Both the position numbers and the translations under genes were made by a program. From Dehalococcoidia bacterium (GTDB lineage Bacteria > Chloroflexota > Dehalococcoidia > Lucifugimonadales > UBA3495), in assembly GCA_965221025.1 (NCBI GenBank), contig CBDCRJ010000001.1:197850-261849 (forward strand): a stretch of 64,000 nt of DNA. Reading direction: 5' to 3'. Positions within the stretch are counted from its first letter, which is position 1. Each line of letters opens with the position of its first letter. The notes under the pieces were generated by a model, which saw nothing but the letters and a program-made list of their open reading frames with translations, did not search any database and was not told where the DNA came from. Of the stretch, positions 62,839 to 64,000 are shown piece after piece.

Positions 62839-63672
62839 CTACAGCGCTTGCCAGTAACGGCGATTTTCGGTACGGACGATCCGGCCGAACCCGGGGGCGG
62901 CCATGTGGACGGCGGCGACTGGGATGCCGTCTCGCTCCAAGCGGTCCATTATGTCGCGGCGGGTGATGCGGGTCTGCTCGGGGTCGATGTCGGCCCGGGA
63001 AACCCAGTCTGTGTTCTCGATCTGGACGGTGTTGTGAAGCACGTCGCCCAACACCAACCCCTGCTCACCCTGGGAGGCAATCATCAGGCTCATGTGCCCC
63101 GGCGTGTGGCCCGGCGTGGGGAGAGTGGTGATTTCGCCGGTCAGTTGGGTTTCACCATCCATGAGCTCCAACACCCCCAGCCCCTCCAAGGGCCAGACAC
63201 AATCTGGGGCGTTGGGGAAGCGGGCCTCGATGAGCTCCGGGTCGTGGCACGCCTCCCAATCGAGGGCGCTCACGTAGTAACGGGCGTTGGGGAAGGTGGG
63301 CGCATAACCCCCGTCCAGTGATGTCAGATTCCAACCAATGTGGTCCCGGTGGGCATGGGTCATCACCACCATGTCCACCTCCTCCGGGGCTACCCCTTGA
63401 GCAGCAAAGTTATCCAGCAGTTCGCCCCAAGGCGTCTCCGGCCCCTGCTTGGGGCCCATGCCGGTGTCCACGGCGATGGTGCGGCCCTCGGACCTGATCA
63501 AGAAGCAGGCCAAGTTGAAGCGGACGTTGCCCTCCGCGGTCAAATGGTGTTCGTGGCCATGCCAGTCCTCGCTGGGAATGGCAGGAAAAAAGTTGCAGAG
63601 GTCGAACTCCAAGAGCCCGTCGGACAATGAGGTGATTTCAACGTTGCCGATATTGAGTTTATCTCCAGGCAA
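62839..63672 (-). CDS. MBL-fold metallo-hydrolase
   Basis: VVMTHAHRDHIG (HxHxDH), TPGHTPGH and LGDVLH. Confidence 0.85.
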   Translation of the reverse strand: MPGDKLNIGNVEITSLSDGLLEFDLCNFFPAIPSEDWHGHEHHLTAEGNVRFNLACFLIRSEGRTIAVDTGMGPKQGPETPWGELLDNFAAQGVAPEEVDMVVMTHAHRDHIGWNLTSLDGGYAPTFPNARYYVSALDWEACHDPELIEARFPNAPDCVWPLEGLGVLELMDGETQLTGEITTLPTPGHTPGHMSLMIASQGEQGLVLGDVLHNTVQIENTDWVSRADIDPEQTRITRRDIMDRLERDGIPVAAVHMAAPGFGRIVRTENRRYWQAL

Positions 63673-63876
63673 AACTGGCCTCCTTCAGTGGCGAGCGCCG
63701 GCGGGTCAGGCTCATGCCGATCCCAGTTGTTGGCGCCAGTATAAAACGCGGATTAGAGGCTGGCAAACCGGCTCGTCTGGTCCCCACCGGGCATCTGCCG
63801 CCACTTTGGGCCCGCTTCAGGCGATTTCGGACGGTAATATCAGGTCGTGGCCACTAAACGTGGGTACTCGTGGGTA

Positions 63877-64000
63877 CTATAGAGGGCGGTGGTCAGCTAC
63901 CAGCCGCCCCTCTTTGAATACCAGCAGCAGTTGGCGGAGGTTCTGAATATCGTCCAAGGGATTGGCGCCGACCACGATGAGGTCGGCCAGCTTGCCGGTT
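63877..64000 (-). CDS. Amidohydrolase family protein, C-terminal fragment (gene enters from the right edge)
   Basis: The reverse translation TGKLADLIVVGANPLDDIQNLRQLLLVFKEGRLVADHRPL* parallels the C-terminus of the 58846-60081 protein. Confidence 0.6.
   Translation of the reverse strand, partial: TGKLADLIVVGANPLDDIQNLRQLLLVFKEGRLVADHRPL

Overview
High-GC (about 60-68% by spot counts) bacterial window. The gene content (RdhA-like Fe-S proteins, many Amidohydro_2 and amidohydrolase genes, crotonase/SDR, PT-rich lipoproteins) suggests a Chloroflexota/SAR202-like organism, but that is a low-confidence guess. All family calls come from motif recognition by eye; no searches were run. Layout: (1) 1-10.7 kb: the early/replication arm of a prophage-like element, all on the minus strand (Cro/XRE HTH, SNF2 helicase, primase-polymerase, UvrD-like helicase, RuvC-like resolvase, radical SAM). 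It contains a 650-bp iteron-rich non-coding block and ends next to a tRNA 3'-half fragment. (2) 10.8-14.8 kb: housekeeping-like genes (NHL propeller, SDR, crotonase, Asp-box propeller). (3) tRNA-Val(TAC) at 14826-14902, followed by an ~8.5 kb lower-GC defence island carrying an OLD-family ATPase-Toprim nuclease, a CRP/FNR-type cNMP-binding regulator and a complete type II CBASS operon (cap4, CD-NTase, cap2, cap3). The island is bounded by ~60-bp imperfect copies of the tRNA-Val 3' end plus flank. (4) 23.5-41.1 kb: a mosaic array of paralogous PT-rich lipoprotein genes. They share a near-identical signal peptide and a conserved ~670-bp upstream module (tRNA-derived repeat, hairpins, TAGACA palindromes, small uORF) but carry unrelated payloads: Big_2 + M19 dipeptidase + metallophosphatase; Big_2 + HExxH protease; 21-blade and 14+5-blade RCC1-like propellers; FN3. 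The array also contains gene fragments and a NarL-type two-component system. (5) 41.1-48.4 kb: a small integrative element with a replication-relaxation-like protein, an HTH/coiled-coil protein, a 2-kb gene-poor repeat field, HigB/HigA and a large serine recombinase. (6) 48.4-64 kb: an OmpR-type two-component system, a His/Glu/Gly-rich triple-domain lipoprotein and a catabolic cluster with two RdhA-like genes, DUF1326, RidA, MBL and several amidohydrolases. The two candidates I rate highest are the CRP-like cNMP sensor wedged between CBASS and OLD, and the cassette-like lipoprotein array with its conserved upstream module at a tRNA-Val accretion site.
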